Positions 46,670-60,005 of a stretch of DNA of 64,000 nucleotides are shown piece after piece. The notes under the pieces are model-generated. The model saw nothing but the letters and a program-made list of their open reading frames with translations, had not been told where the DNA came from and ran no database searches. The stretch lies in NCBI RefSeq assembly GCF_963921235.1, contig NC_086097.1, positions 117,926,001-117,990,000 on the forward strand, read 5' to 3'. This stretch comes from Mobula hypostoma. Lineage: Eukaryota. The stretch's first letter is position 1; each line of letters opens with the position of its first letter. A program made the position numbers and the translations under genes.

Positions 46670-49559
46670 TGTTGTAGTGTGAGCATTATTAAAAGTAAGT
46701 TAATACTAGTTGGGATAATGAGGGGGTTTTACTTCCGTTCTTTTGTACTTCCAGTGGGCTCTGTGTATAGTGTGCCCACCATGCTGTACGGGTTGTGAAA
46801 GCCTCTGTATATACATCATGGTTTTGAATGTTCGAGATAAAGTTGTTTCTTGGGCATGAAGTTGTCGAGTGTGCCTTTTTTCAAAGTAGAAGTTACTCCA
46901 TATTTTTGGCGACGAGGTGAACTGGGTTCGTGTACGTAGCGGCATGTTTTTCGAATGGGAGCTTCGCGTTCGGATGGCTACGTTTCAAACTATCATTGAT
47001 TTTGTGGACGTGACGGAGAACTGGCCAGAGTATGGGGAAAGGTTGGACATTTTTTCTGTGCTAATGGAATTACTGAGGAGTCTAAGAAGTGCTCTATTTT
47101 CCTGAGTGTGTGTGGGGCAAAGACTTACAAGCTAATAAGGAATTTAGCTGCACCGCGGAAGGAAACCGGGGGACATTCCATATAACAAACTGGTCAAGCT
47201 CGTGGGGTAACACTACAATCTGAAACCTTCAGTGGTAGTCCAACGGTGTAAGTTTCACAGCCATTTCAGGAAGCCAGGTCAGTCTGTGGCCAATTTCATG
47301 GCCGAGCTTCGGCAGCTGCTGGAGCATTGTGAATTCGGAGCGGTGTTGGATGACATGCTCCGTGATAGATTGGTATGCGGCATTAATAATGATGGCATAC
47401 AACACCACTTGTTAGAGGAAACCCCACTGATGACTTTCAAGAAAACCTTAGAGATTGCCCAAGGCATGGAGATGGCTGCTAATAATGTCAAGGATATCCA
47501 GAAAGGATATTGGGGGTCGCAGTCGGCGGCAGTGCACCAAGCAGGAGGGAGACTGGTAAACGGGCAAAGCGGGTGGAATGTTTCCGGTGTGGAGGGACAC
47601 ACTATGCAAATGATTGCAAATTCAAAGACGCTGTCTGCCGTGCTTGTAGCAAAACGGGACATTTAACTAAAAAGTGCAGAAGTTCAAAGGCTAAGATTAA
47701 GCCTGGGCAGGGGAAAGCCCAACAGGCTCAGGTAGCCATACACCATCTAGAAGAAGCAGATGAAGAGGCAAAGTATGCCTATAACATGTTTGCAGTGGAA
47801 ACAGATGAGGAACCACCTGAACCATATTATGCCACAGTCACTGTCAGGGGAAAGGACATTAAGTTTCAGATTGATTCAGGGACTACTGCATTGGTCATTA
47901 GTGAGGAGACCTACAGGAGGACATGGGGGTCCAACCTGCCTCCCATTAGACCATTAAAGCTCAAACTTAGGATCTATACAGGGCAGCCCATACCTCATTT
48001 AGGGGTGTTATATGTGGACATTTCAGCCAGGGGTCAGAAGGCTGAAGCCAGGCTAGTGACAGGTAAGGGCAGGGGACCCAGTCTTTTGGGTTGCAATTGG
48101 CTTTGCAAAATCCAGTTAAACTGGCATGAGATTCAATATGTACACACGACGGAGGACATTCTGCAGTGGTACAGTGATGTTTTCAGGGACGAGCTGGGAA
48201 CACTGAAGGGCGTGACAGTGAAACTCCATGTCGACCCTGAGGCCACACCATGTTTTTTTTAAGCCCAGGTTGGTGCCCTATGCCATGAAAGACAAAGTTG
48301 AGTAGGAGCTGGAACGTTTACAGAGGCTGGGCATTATTGAGCATGTCCAGTTTTCAAGGTGGGCAGCTCCCATTGTTCCAGTTTTGAAGGCAGACAAAAC
48401 GGTGAGGATATGTAGTGATTATAAATTTATGGTGAATCAGATCTCTAGGCTGGAGGAGTACCCATTGCCACGGGTGGATGACCTATTTGAGACCCTGTCA
48501 GGGGGTAAGCTGTTCACAAATCTGGACATGGGCCATGCCTGCCAACAGCTGCTGCTCGACGAGGATTCAAAAGGAGTACGTCACAATTAATACGCACAAG
48601 GGATTATTCAAGTACAATCGCCTGGTGTTTGGAGTGGCGTCCAGCCCTGCCATTTTCCAAAGGATAATGGACACTTTGCTGCAGGGGATTCCACACGTAG
48701 CAGTGTACTTGATGATATTTTGATCACGGGGGCTACGGAGGTGGAGCATCTGGCTAATTTAGAACGGGTGTTGAAGAGGCTCTCAGACGCAGGGCTGCAG
48801 TTGAAACGCAGAAAATGTGTGTTCCTGGCATCGAGTGTGACTTATCTGGGACACAAGATCATACCTGAGGGGCTGTTTCCTGTGGAGGACAAAGTGAGAC
48901 AGACTACTGCGGAAGCATGTCCACCAGTGGCTTTGCCAGAGGGCGAGACACTGACAGAGAGGTCGGGGTCCCCTGAAGAGGATGGACATTCTCACGCAGA
49001 TACACAGACCCCTCTCATGCCCCCAACACCAGACCCACCCAAAACACCATCACCTGCGGTGCCTGCTGGGTCACCGGGGGTAGTGGGCAGATCACAACGC
49101 ACTCGTAAACCTCCTGACAGACTGAATCTTTGATGGGACAGTTCTTTTTTTGTTGTTGTTAGGTTGAATGTTGAATCTGTCACATTTTCCAGATGTTTTG
49201 TACCGATAAACTGTTACTGAGATACTAGTATAAGTTTTCAGGGGTACTCAAGTTAATAACGCCACCGTTTTTATTTCCTGGTTTTTTACATTTGGGATGT
49301 TGGATTTTGAATGGGGAGAAGTGCTGTAGGGTGAGCATTATTTAAAGTAAGTTAATACTAATTAGGGTAATGTGGGGGGGTGGGGGGTTTACTTCCGTTC
49401 TTTTTTTATTTCCGGTGGGCTCTGTGTATAGTGTGCCCGCCATGCTGTACGGGTTGTGAAAGCCTTTGTATATACATAACGGTTTTGAAGTTCACGATAA
49501 AGTTGTTTCTTGGGTATGAAGTTGGCGAGTGTGCCTTTTTCAAAGTAGAAGTTACTACA
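46670..49559 (+). mobile_element. Mag-like Ty3/Gypsy element, internally deleted (no RNase H or integrase core)
   Basis: LTRs 46670-46900 and 49322-49559; TSD ATGAG/GTGAG; PBS TGGCGACGAG at 46907; PPT ATGGGGAGAAG; inserted in a tRNA-SINE. Confidence 0.95.
46974..49133 (+). pseudogene. gag-protease-RT of the Mag-like element (frameshifted)
   Basis: LRDRLVCGI; CFRCGGTHYANDC and CRACSKTGHLTKKC; IDSGT; YPLPRVDDLF, FGVASSPAIFQ, YLDD-like; C-terminal RSQRTRKPPDRL. Confidence 0.9.
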
Positions 49560-52112
49560 GTGAGGAAACTTATACAGTCACTGGGAGGATGTACAAATTC
49601 CGTACAGACAACTGAGAATTGAACCTTGATAGGTGATTGCTGGCTGGCACTGTAAACCACTACATTACCATGCCGAAGTGGAGAAAGGTGCAGATTTACT
49701 GTTTCTCTGGAGCAGCTTTAAAGATTCGGGTGAGTGTGACAGTCAGCAGAGAAGGAATCAAAACATCGAGAGCATGCTCCATTCAAAGGACAGAAGACAC
49801 ACCTGAAGATTGTTCCAGTACAGCATTTGAATATGGCTGCTTCTTCCCTCAGGCTGTTAGACTTCCTAACACCCAGCTGCTGCCCAGCACACATGTACAT
49901 CCTATGTGAATGCCCTGCCTTCCCCCTCCTTCCCCCACTCCCCATCCCCAACTCACGGGCAGACTCTCATCCTGCACTGGTCACTCTTCATCTTTTGTTG
50001 CTGCTGTTTCACATATTTCTGCTTCTGCTTGTTTTATTCTAATGGTGCCAGTAACATTATACTGTCTTACATAGACATGCAACTTGCACTTTATTTCAAC
50101 CCCAATCCCCAAGCCATCCCACTTGTGCTATAATGTTATTTTGTGATTGTATGCACTGGATCATATCTGTAGGTGCTGTGTGTGACTATATGGACTGTGT
50201 TTTGCAAGTTAACCCCAAAGGAACAACGTTTTGATCAGCTGTATATATGTGTATGGTTGAATGACAATAAGTTTGAACTTGAACAGGAATAAATATTGAA
50301 ATAATAACTAACATCCTAACAATGATCTACGTAATAGGCTGATACTTGTTTATTTCTATCAGCAAACCAATTTGTTTTCTCTCCGAGGTATTTGCAGGCC
50401 AATCTGACAACAGTAACATCAAGCATTGTGTTTCACTTTTTGTCACAAAACATCATTGCATAATCCAAAAGTTTAAACTCTGTGTCATGTGTGAGAATAT
50501 CTCGGTTACATTTTATGATATATTTTATCTGAATTCAGTTCTTTGCAAAAAAAACAGGTGACTCCAATGATTTGTGAACAAATTCAGGTTCTACACTTTG
50601 GGGAATATTGTATATCTCTTGTTATTTGATATACAATCTTAAAGATTGTAAATTTGATTGACTTCATTAATGAGAGGCCAAGAAAGTAAGGAACAAAGTT
50701 GTTAGGATATTTCTAAGTGAGGGTTGTAATATGTTGCAAGATTTTGATGAAAATTAATATTTCCTTTGGCAAGGAAGACAAAGATCTTCCACTTCTCATC
50801 TTAAAATCATGCCATCTTGTTTATCATACTCTAACATGAAAAACAACGATTCATCTATCTACTGTATCATGTTCCCCATAATCTCATTCACTTCTATCAA
50901 AAGTCAATAACAAAGTGAGGAAATTAGGATTTTTTTTCACTTAGTGAGTCGTCAAAACTTCGGACATCTCTGAAAAAATGGTGGAAGCCTAGTCGGTAAA
51001 TAATTCAGAAACAATGTTGGAGAAGGTCTTGAGTATGAGCTATCACTGGAAGAGAACCTCCTCCTATACCATTAGACTTCCTGTTTTATAAAACATTCAC
51101 ATGGTAAGTTCATTCCATAATCCATTAGAAAACCTAAAATAAATCTCAGTTCTGCCACTTAATGAATTCATAGTCTTGACTGCATTACTTTATGAATAAT
51201 GACAGCATCTGGTTCCCCATCATACGTGCAGCTACAGATTTAGTAAATCAGAAATAGCTGGACAAGTTATGTTAAAAATTACTTCTTGACTAATATTAGA
51301 TCTTTGAACAACTTGAAAAGAAAACCAGAAGTTTTTTTTTTGGTATAGGTACAATTTGTCTTCTTTTGTGCATTGTTTTTTTTTTCATCAGTCTTTGGAC
51401 GTAGTTTTTCATGGATTTTATTCTATTACTTTGCTCTACTGTAAATGTCTGCAAGAAAATGAAAATGGCGACATATAATTAATTTGATAATAGATTGACT
51501 TTGAAATTTGAATTGATATGACTGACTGATAATGAATTAGGAGAGATATTCTAGCAAGGTCAGCTACTTGATGAAAAGTAAGCTCAAACTGAAAAAAACA
51601 CGCTGCTCTGGTGGTGGCTGACAGGCATTCAGGTAAAAGGAATGCACAAATCAACACTGTTACCAATCAAGGCTGCGAATTATGAAAGCAGCCCAACTTA
51701 AATGGAGAAAGACTGTCTGGAAGAAGAGAAGGTAGAGTAGAAAAATGATTTCAGTACTGATGCTTCAAAGTCACTCCTTGAAGTTATCTTCAAGAACAAA
51801 AGTTGCATCTTGGTAGGTCAACATATTTGTCAATGTGCTTGAAAACTGCAACATTGGCATTATGAGAGCACTGGACCAGTCTGCATCAGATGAATAGCAA
51901 ACCCAAATAAGTCTACAAGGTCCTAAGGAGACATATTTGGAATAATCTATAAAGACGATAAACTATAGTCACAATTTTATAGAATATAGAACATAGAACA
52001 TTAGAGCACAATATAGGCCCTTTGACCCACTATATTTTGATGGCATTTCAACCGACTCTATAATCAATCCACCCTTCCCCTCCACCTAGCCGTCCATTTT
52101 TCTATCATCCAT

Positions 52113-55100
52113 GTGTTATGCTTTGTAAATCCTGAAGCTAATCAAAGGAAAAACACAGGAGCCCAGGATAACATGTCTACTTATTTTATTCTTTTAGTGA
52201 GGCACTCATATATGACATAGTGACATTATGACATATTGACATATATATATATATATACACAAACACAAACTGTAAGCCTGTATACATAGTAGACTACATA
52301 AAACAACTACTATATCCAGAGTATAGTAAATTTTAAAGTGTCCTATTTAGGCTTGAAGATTTTATTACTGTGGAGGATTTATTGCTCTTGTGGGTAAACA
52401 TCTTTCCTGCAAATTAGGTTGGTCATCCGCTTTGCAGCTGAGACTTGTGGTTGAGAGACCATCTCAAGTTCTTCCATGATGGTTGTTGGAGTTGACTCCG
52501 GGACTGCAGGAAGTGGTTCTGACAGCTCTGGACACCTTTCTTCTCTAACAATTGACTCTGATTTCCTCAACTGAACAACGTGTCATCTCCAGATGACATC
52601 AGATGCAATTTCTACTGTGTAGGACAGCGGTCCCCAACCACCGGGCCGCGGACTGGTACCGGGCTGCAAAGCATGTGCTACCGGGCCGCGAGGAAATACT
52701 TTCAGAAATGCTTTATACTTTAAACGATATGAATTGGCGATTTGAGTCAGCTGCACCTTTTCTCATTCCCTGTCATGCCCACTATTGAAGTTGAACGCAT
52801 GCGAGGTCATTACCCGTGCATCATCCATTGTCAGCGCGGGAAGAAGATCAACTCCTCGAACTTGCAAATGACGACGGACTGAAAAGTATGTTTGACATAA
52901 CAGCTCTGCCTGCATTCTGGATCAAAGTCAAGGCTGAATACCCTGAGATAGCCACGAAAGCACTGAAAACGTTGCTTCCATTTCCAACATATCTCTGCAA
53001 TGAATGCAAAGAAAAATAAATTGCAGAATAGACTGGACATAAGGAACCCTCTTTGAGTATCGCTGTCTCCCATCACCCTTCGATAGGACCGTCTTGTTGC
53101 AGGGAAACAAGCCCAGGGCTCCCACTGATTCAACGATATTGGTGTGTTGCAATGATTTTATATGTTCATACGGGGAAAATATGCACTGTATGTTTAATAT
53201 CCAAACGTTACTTAAAATGTTATGATGTTATTGACTTATAAGTGACTTATATAACCATATAACAATTACAGCATGGAATCAGGCCACCTCTGCCCTTCTA
53301 GTCCGTGCCGAACGCTACTCTCACCTAGTCCCGCCGACCTGCACTCAGCCCATAACCCTCCATTCCTTTCCTGTCCATATACCTATCCAATTTTTCTTTA
53401 AATGATAATATCAGAGCTGCCTCTACCACTTCTACTGGAAGTTCATTCAACACTTACTTCAACCTCCCCTGATAATTGACTTATCACTATATTCATGCAA
53501 GGAAAATATGCGCTGTGTTTAATATTAAATTCGTTAGGTAAACCCTTTTAGAAATAAAATTGAGTGTATTAGCCACTTATCACCTATATTCCGGTCATGA
53601 TTAACACCCCACCCCGCAAACAGAATCGTCAAAAACGATTTGTAGTAAAAAATCCGCACATACATGCATGCGCACTGGTGCCCGCGCAAGGCTTCATGGT
53701 CATTGTAGTCTTTCTCGGGGTAAACACGACATATTTGACTGCTACTCTTGTCCATTGGCAACCCTACCCCGCCCCCCCACCCGGGTCGGCCGGTCTGCAA
53801 GAATATTGTCAATAATAAACCGGTCTGCGTTGCAAAATAGGTTGGAGACCCCTGGTGTAGGAGAGTAGTCCAATTCTATCCTTAATCATTTCAAGTACCC
53901 TCTTTTGATCACCTTTGTAGTCCTTCATCAGGACTGCTTATCCTGGAGTGAAACAGCGAACCTTCTTGTTTGAGGAGACTTTTTTTTTTCTCAGCTATTT
54001 GTCCTACATAATCCTTCTGAAATTGGCTTTTAGGAAATCCAAGCATGAGTGCAAGGGATGACCCAGGACAGCATAGCTGGTGAGTTGTTGTTTGTGGTGT
54101 GTGCTGCATTGGTGAAATTCGTAAGCTTCTGATTCAGTGTCATTCGTTTGTATTCTGCTAACATTGCTTGCAGTGCATTCCTTAGACTCTGGACAAACCT
54201 TTCAGCCAAGTTATTTGTGGTACAGTGGTCTGGTGCAGATGTAATTTGCCTTATTCCATTCATTTTCAGGAATGACTGAAACTGTGGCCCATTGTCACTG
54301 ACTAAGTGTTCTGGAACACCTGTCCTTGAGAGCAGGCTTCTCAACACATCAACATTGTGTGAGGCTGTAGTGGAGGCAATTGGAAACTCTTCTGGTCACT
54401 TTGTAACAACCTATGAATGGTCTGGAAAAACCTACAAGAATTCTCTGCCAGTGCAATGCAAGCCATTCCCAAGGATTGAGAGGTGCTGCAATTGGCATCT
54501 TCTGGATTTGTTGGCATCCTGAACAGTGTGTGGGAAGCTGCTTGATCTGCTGATCTATCCCAGGCAACCGGACAGAGCTTTGAGCCAATGCTTTCATTTT
54601 GACCATGACTCGGTGACCAGCTCCTCCAATATCTTAGCTGTCAGCTTGGATGGTACAGCAACTCTCAATCCCCACATTAAGGCAACCTCCATCAAGGGCA
54701 AGTCCTCCTGCCACTGGTAAAAATGGGGAAACTGGAATTTCTGCTGCACATTTCAGCCATTTTGTGCTGCCATGTCGACCTGAGACAGTGTCGGGTCTTT
54801 CCCAGTTTCCCTTTGGTTCATCTCTGCCATAATAGAGAGACTTTCAATTTGAATTAGGGAGAATATGTCAAGAGGAGTGGAGTGATCTTCCTTCTAAATG
54901 TTTCAAGCATTTCCTTTTCCAAGGGTAAACAGAACAATCCATCAGCATTTCCATGATTAGTCATCTTCTTGAATTCAATTTATAATTGCGTCCTCCAGGA
55001 GCAGAGCCCATTTCTGCATTTGTGCTGCTGGTAGTGGAATACCCTTCTGTGGATTGAAAATAAACATCAGTGGTTGATGATTAGTAACAAGAGTAAACTA

Positions 55101-55490
55101 TCTCCCATACAAATACTGGTTGAAATGTTTTACCCCAAACTAGACTCAAGACATATCCGTCAATCTTTGTGTATTTTTTTCTATATGGCAATAAGGGATC
55201 GTGGTGCAAAGGTTATGGGGTATTCACTTCCATCATTCACAACCTTTGACATGACTATACCTATCCATAAAGTTATGAGTCAGAGGCAAGCTTCACTGGA
55301 TGATGTGGATCATAAAGTGTGAGTGCAGTGTCTGACATCACCATTTCTTTTGGAAATTCACCTCACACAGCTTTGCCCATTGCCACTTCTTCACAATCTG
55401 TTGTAATGGGTTCGAGGGGTGGAGCAGTGTAACCAGGTTTGGTAGGAACCTGTTATAATAATTGACAAACCTTAACAAGGACTGCAACTA
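52113..55490 (-). mobile_element. Degenerate Ty3/Gypsy pol relic with probable 3' LTR remnant
   Basis: Integrase GVPEHLVSDNGPQF..LAERFVQS and KMKALA..PGID..CSGCQ; RNase H and RT traces at 54900-55490; TGTTAT terminus at ~52113. Confidence 0.8.
52625..53854 (+). mobile_element. hAT (Charlie-like) non-autonomous DNA transposon
   Basis: TIRs CAGCGGTCCCCAACC and GGTTGGAGACCCCTG; 8-bp TSD GTGTAGGA (52617-52624, 53855-53862); hAT dimerisation-domain remnant FWIKVKAEYPEIATKALKTLLPFPTYLC. Confidence 0.95.
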
Positions 55491-55494
55491 TGTT

Positions 55495-55800
55495 AGCAAC
55501 ACACATCAAAGTTGCTGGTGAACGCAGCAGGCAGGTAGCATCTCTAGGAAGAAGCACAGTCGACGTTTCAGGCCAAGACTTTTCGTCAGGACTAATTGAA
55601 AGAAGAGCTAGTAAGCGATTTGAAAGTGGGAGGGGGAGGGGGAAATCCAAAATGATAGGAGAAGACAGGAGGGAGAGGGATGGAGCCATGAGCTGGATAG
55701 TTGATTGGCAAAAGGGATATGAAAGGATCATGGGACAGGAGGCGTAGGGAGAAAGAAAAGGGGGAGGGGGGAAAATCCCAGAGGATGGGCAAGGGGTATA
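55495..55800 (-). mobile_element. PLE 3' terminal fragment with hammerhead motif (55558-55593)
   Basis: Homologous to 33453-33755; minus strand AGTCCTGACGAAAAGTCTTGGCCTGAAACGTCGACT. Confidence 0.9.
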
Positions 55801-57691
55801 GTCAAGCTGAAACACTGACTCTGTTTCCCTTTTCACATGTGCTGCCAGTCCTGCTGGTGTTCCTAGCCTTCTCTGCGTGAAAATTTGTTTCAGCATTAAA
55901 CACTGTCTAGCCATTTGCTTGCAGAGATACAGCGTGAATCCGTACACAAGCCCGAGGTATGTACCTGCAGAAATATTAATGAGAAAATTGATACTCAAAC
56001 AGCATTAGACAAGTCTAAACCATCAAGAGTGGAACAGAATTGTTAGAAAAGTAGAAGTAGAAAAATGAAGGTTAGCAGAGAGTAAAAGAAAATGCCACTG
56101 TAATATTAATTAGAAGAAATATAATTTCAAGTAAGGCAATCATATTTGTGTTCGAGGAATCGGTGAGTTAAGCTAACACAAGTGAGAGATTGAAACCATC
56201 ACTGAGCTCAGCAGAGGCAAACACATTAGGTTGAAAGTGGTGGCAAATCTAAAATGCTTATGCAAGTCAGATGATCTTATCTGAAGTTTTGATAAGAAAA
56301 CGATCTTGTTTAAAGGTGTATCATGAAGGCTTGTCTGAGTTAAATCCAAATCAGACTTCAGAAACTGAAGAACCAAATCCTACCAGGCTGGACACAAAGT
56401 GAGATGAATTCAGATCCAGAACTAAACAGTCTAAAGGTTAATTAAACAGCAAAGCATGTAATTTCAGGAAGACTCTGAAAATGTACACTTCAAGCAAAAA
56501 AGAAATATAAAATAAAAAATGTAATTCTGAGAAGCATTCATTAGGAGTTGCTTAAACTTTACTGTTCAAATTGTAAAAAAAGAATATGATGAAATTAGCT
56601 TCCTTAACAGCGGGTGAACTGTATAATGAACCTCTATGTGTGGAAATACACTCACTGAATCAATACTTGCACATACATTGTGAGCCGCTTGAATAAGAGA
56701 GTCATATGACAAGGCTGCTGTTAACAGCATAACACTGACTGGAAAATTAATTCTGCAGCAGGAACAAGGAGACATGGATGTAGATTATATATCATAAATT
56801 CCACAATGGAGTTGAACTATTCATCTCACCCAGTGGTGAAGATAAATATTCACTTTCTAGTTTTATTATTTGTTGTTCCACAGTCATTGTCATATACTGT
56901 GAATTCTATAAAACACATTGGGTAACAGGGGCATCTTATGAATCCATTGATATCACTGGCCACCAGCCATCAGAGATCACTGTATCATGGAACAAGCCTC
57001 CAAATAATTGATCCCAGATGACTGATGAGGCCCAGTGTAATACACAGCGTCTCCAAAAACAATGGGGATGAAGTATTGCTTTGACAGTTAGTGAGGCATC
57101 ACCTCCAGCATTAGCAACCATCACTGTTATTTACATTGAATGTTCATGAAGGTTTCTCACAACAGAGAATATTGACAGAGATGTCACCAACTGCTGTGAA
57201 GTAGGTTCAGTACTTCTAAATTTGACATTACATGTGCAAAAATCTCAGACTATTGCTATTTAGTTATATGCCAACAGATACGGAACAGCTGGCATTTACC
57301 AGCAACATCTGGCCCTTTACTAAAAGAGAAAAAATGAGTTACTTGTTATTTAACATTTTATCGTCATTTCTGCATGTAAAAATGTCTTCATATCTGCGGA
57401 TTATAAAGCTTTAAAATATTTGAACGAGCAAAATGAAATTCTCTGAAAGATATATTGTTTAGGAATCAGCATTCATTTATAAAAATAAATACACTCCACG
57501 TCCATTTAGTATCCTTTTTCACCATTTGCTAGAGTAACTTGGTTATGGACAGCTATGGTGCTGGTGCAGGTCAATGGAACAGACAGTTTAAATGGTTCAG
57601 CAGGGACTCGATGGGCCAAAGGGCCTAATTCTGTGCTGTACTTTTCTATGACTCTATAACTTGATAGTAAATTACTTCTGTCCCTGAATTC

Positions 57692-57955
57692 CGGGGCAGC
57701 ACAGAGGCGTAACGGTTAGCATAACTATTTTATAGCTTCAGATACCCGGGTCCAGTTCCTGCTGCTATCTGCTGTCTGCAAAAGGAGTTTTTATGGTCTC
57801 CCCATAACCTTGTGGGTTCCTTCCAGGTGTCCCATTTCTTCCCAAGACGTACTGAGTAGGTTAAATCATCCAGTGGGTTTAATTAGGTGGCGGGGGCTCA
57901 TTGGGCTCGAAAGAGACAGGTGCCATGCTATATTTCTCAATAAAATTAAAATAAA
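57692..57955 (+). mobile_element. tRNA-derived SINE relic
   Basis: A-box-like GGCGTAACGGTTAGC, B-box-like GGGTCCAGTTCC, (TAAAA)n tail. Confidence 0.7.
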
Positions 57956-58075
57956 ATTTTAAAGAACGTGTTATTATCATATTACTATGAGTTATACCTA
58001 AACTGGCATGCAACATGAGACAAAATTGAACTCTGATAAAAGGAAAGAGTGTTTTTTCCAGTATGGTTTTGAATA

Positions 58076-58543
58076 TACTCAGTAGCCACTTTATTTGGTA
58101 CCTCCTGGGCCTAATGAAATGGCCACCGACTGCACGTTTGCAGTCTTCTGCTGCTGTAGCCCATCCACATATTGCAGCTCACTTGACCTCTCTCATTAAC
58201 AAGATGTTTTTATCCACAGAACCGACACTCACTGGATGTTTTTGTTTGTTTCTCAAGCCTTTCTCTGTAAACTCTAGAGACTGTTGTGCGTGAAAACACC
58301 AGGAGATTAGCAGTTTCTGAGATGCTCAAACAACCTCTGTCGGATGCCAACAATCATTTCACGGTCAAAGTCACTTAGATCACATTTCTTTCCCATTCTG
58401 ATATTTGGGCTTACCAATGACTGAACCTCTTGACCATGCCTGCGTGCTTTTATGTATAGAGTTGTTGCCACATGATTGGCTGATTAGGTATTTCTATGAA
58501 TGAGCAGCTGTACAGGAACACCTAATAAAATGGCCACTGTGTT
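58076..58543 (-). mobile_element. Tc1/mariner-derived MITE with both TIRs
   Basis: TACTCAGTAGCCACTTTATTTGGTACC and ACACCTAATAAAATGGCCACTGTGT are inverted; interior is the reverse complement of 5543-6000 and 8425-8955. Confidence 0.85.
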
Positions 58544-59157
58544 TATATTTCCTGGTTCCTCCAATTCCCAGCCAGTTGACTACAGTTAATCAATTACAGC
58601 TAGATATCTTATTATCCAACAGAATATATCCTAAGGGATAGTAGGATTTAATTTAAATTATGTATTTCAAGTAAAATTACCCTTTTACTTACCAAAGTTC
58701 TCACTCTGTAGTTACTGAACTCAATGTTAATAACTAACTCCATTCAACGAATAGTCCATTTTATTATCTGCTATAGTAGACAGAAAGATGTCACCAATAC
58801 AGGAGGGATAAATTTATAAGAGGTTGGGGGGGTTTTGTCCATGGAGTGCTGTAGACTTAGGGATGACTGAGAGGGGAAGATAGTGTCAGCATACATCGGT
58901 GACTCTATGTGGGCTGCAGAAAACTGTACCAGTTTTCCTCTTAAATATAATCCTTTTGAATACTTTTACTACAATCTGCAGCAAGTAAATTTCCTCTTAA
59001 CAACGATCTGCAAAATTACATCAAAAACCTTCCAATCTCACTTTCGAACATTAAAAGTGGAGCAGAAGTCATGAGCTCCAACGTAGCAGTTAAGTTCGGC
59101 ACCTTTAAGGGTCAACACCATGGCCAAAAATGCAGCAGGAGAGGCAGAATTCAAACC

Positions 59158-60005
59158 GGGCTGAAGGGCGGAAGGATGAGGCGTCCTCTACCCAGCATCT
59201 TGTTGACAAATGTACAGTTGCTGGAAAATAAGATTAACGATCTCAGGGCAAGGCTGCAGTATCAGAGGCTGATGAGGCAGATCTCAATTGTTTTTGCACT
59301 GAAACTTGGTTAACTGTGAATATTCCTGATGTAGCTATACAACCGATTTTAAGAATGGATCAAGCAGTGAACTCTGGTAAGGAAAAAGGTGGCAGCGTGT
59401 GCTTTTCAGTCAATTCTTGTTGGTGCACAGGAATGTTGGAGTTATGTTGACTCCTTGTTCCCCTTCTTGAACAACTAACAATTAAATGTAGACCATTCTA
59501 TTTGCCTCGGGAGTTCTCATCCGTGATCCCAACCACAGCTTATATACCACCTGCACTCATGAAACTGCACAATGTTGTCTGCAGACAAGAAACAATTCAT
59601 CCTGATGCATTTCAAACTATAGTCAGTGACTTTAACCAGGCCCATTTGAAGAAAACCCTGCCCTATTATCACCAGCACATAACCTGTTGCACCAAAGATC
59701 TCAACACACAAGACCACTATCACAGTACGAAGAAGAGTTCCTATCATTCTTTTCTGTATTTTGGCAAGTCGGATCAATTGGCTGCACGCCTACTACTTGC
59801 TTACAGACAGCACCTAAAGAGCAAGGCTCCAGAGATCAGGACAATTAAGAGATGGTTGCAGGAGGCAGAGGAATGGTTACAGGATTGCCTTGGGTCAGTG
59901 GACTGGGCCGTGTTCAAGGACCCAAGTGAGGACCAGAATGATTCTATTTCTTCTCTAATCCTCTTACTGGAATCCAAGGATTCATAGAGCACCTGCTTAT
60001 TTCTT
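59158..60005 (+). repeat. 848-bp direct repeat, copy 1 (decayed Rex/Babar-like endonuclease region)
   Basis: Matches 61594-62441 at offset 2436, with identical ORF translations; LPSILLTNVQLLENK, ETWL-like and PFYLPREFSS motifs. Confidence 0.95.

Noticed and set aside
53918..53936. AGTCCTTCATCAGGACT, containing CTGATGA on the minus strand like a hammerhead fragment
   Set aside because: Too short and lacks the GAAA box and cleavage site; cannot be separated from chance or a tiny relic.
56930..57012. Plus-strand peptide PSEITVSWNKPP resembling a fibronectin type III strand
   Set aside because: Very short, followed immediately by a stop, with no supporting exons; likely chance.
57692..57775. 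tRNA gene
   Set aside because: Only degenerate A and B boxes, no cloverleaf, and it is followed by a SINE body and tail.
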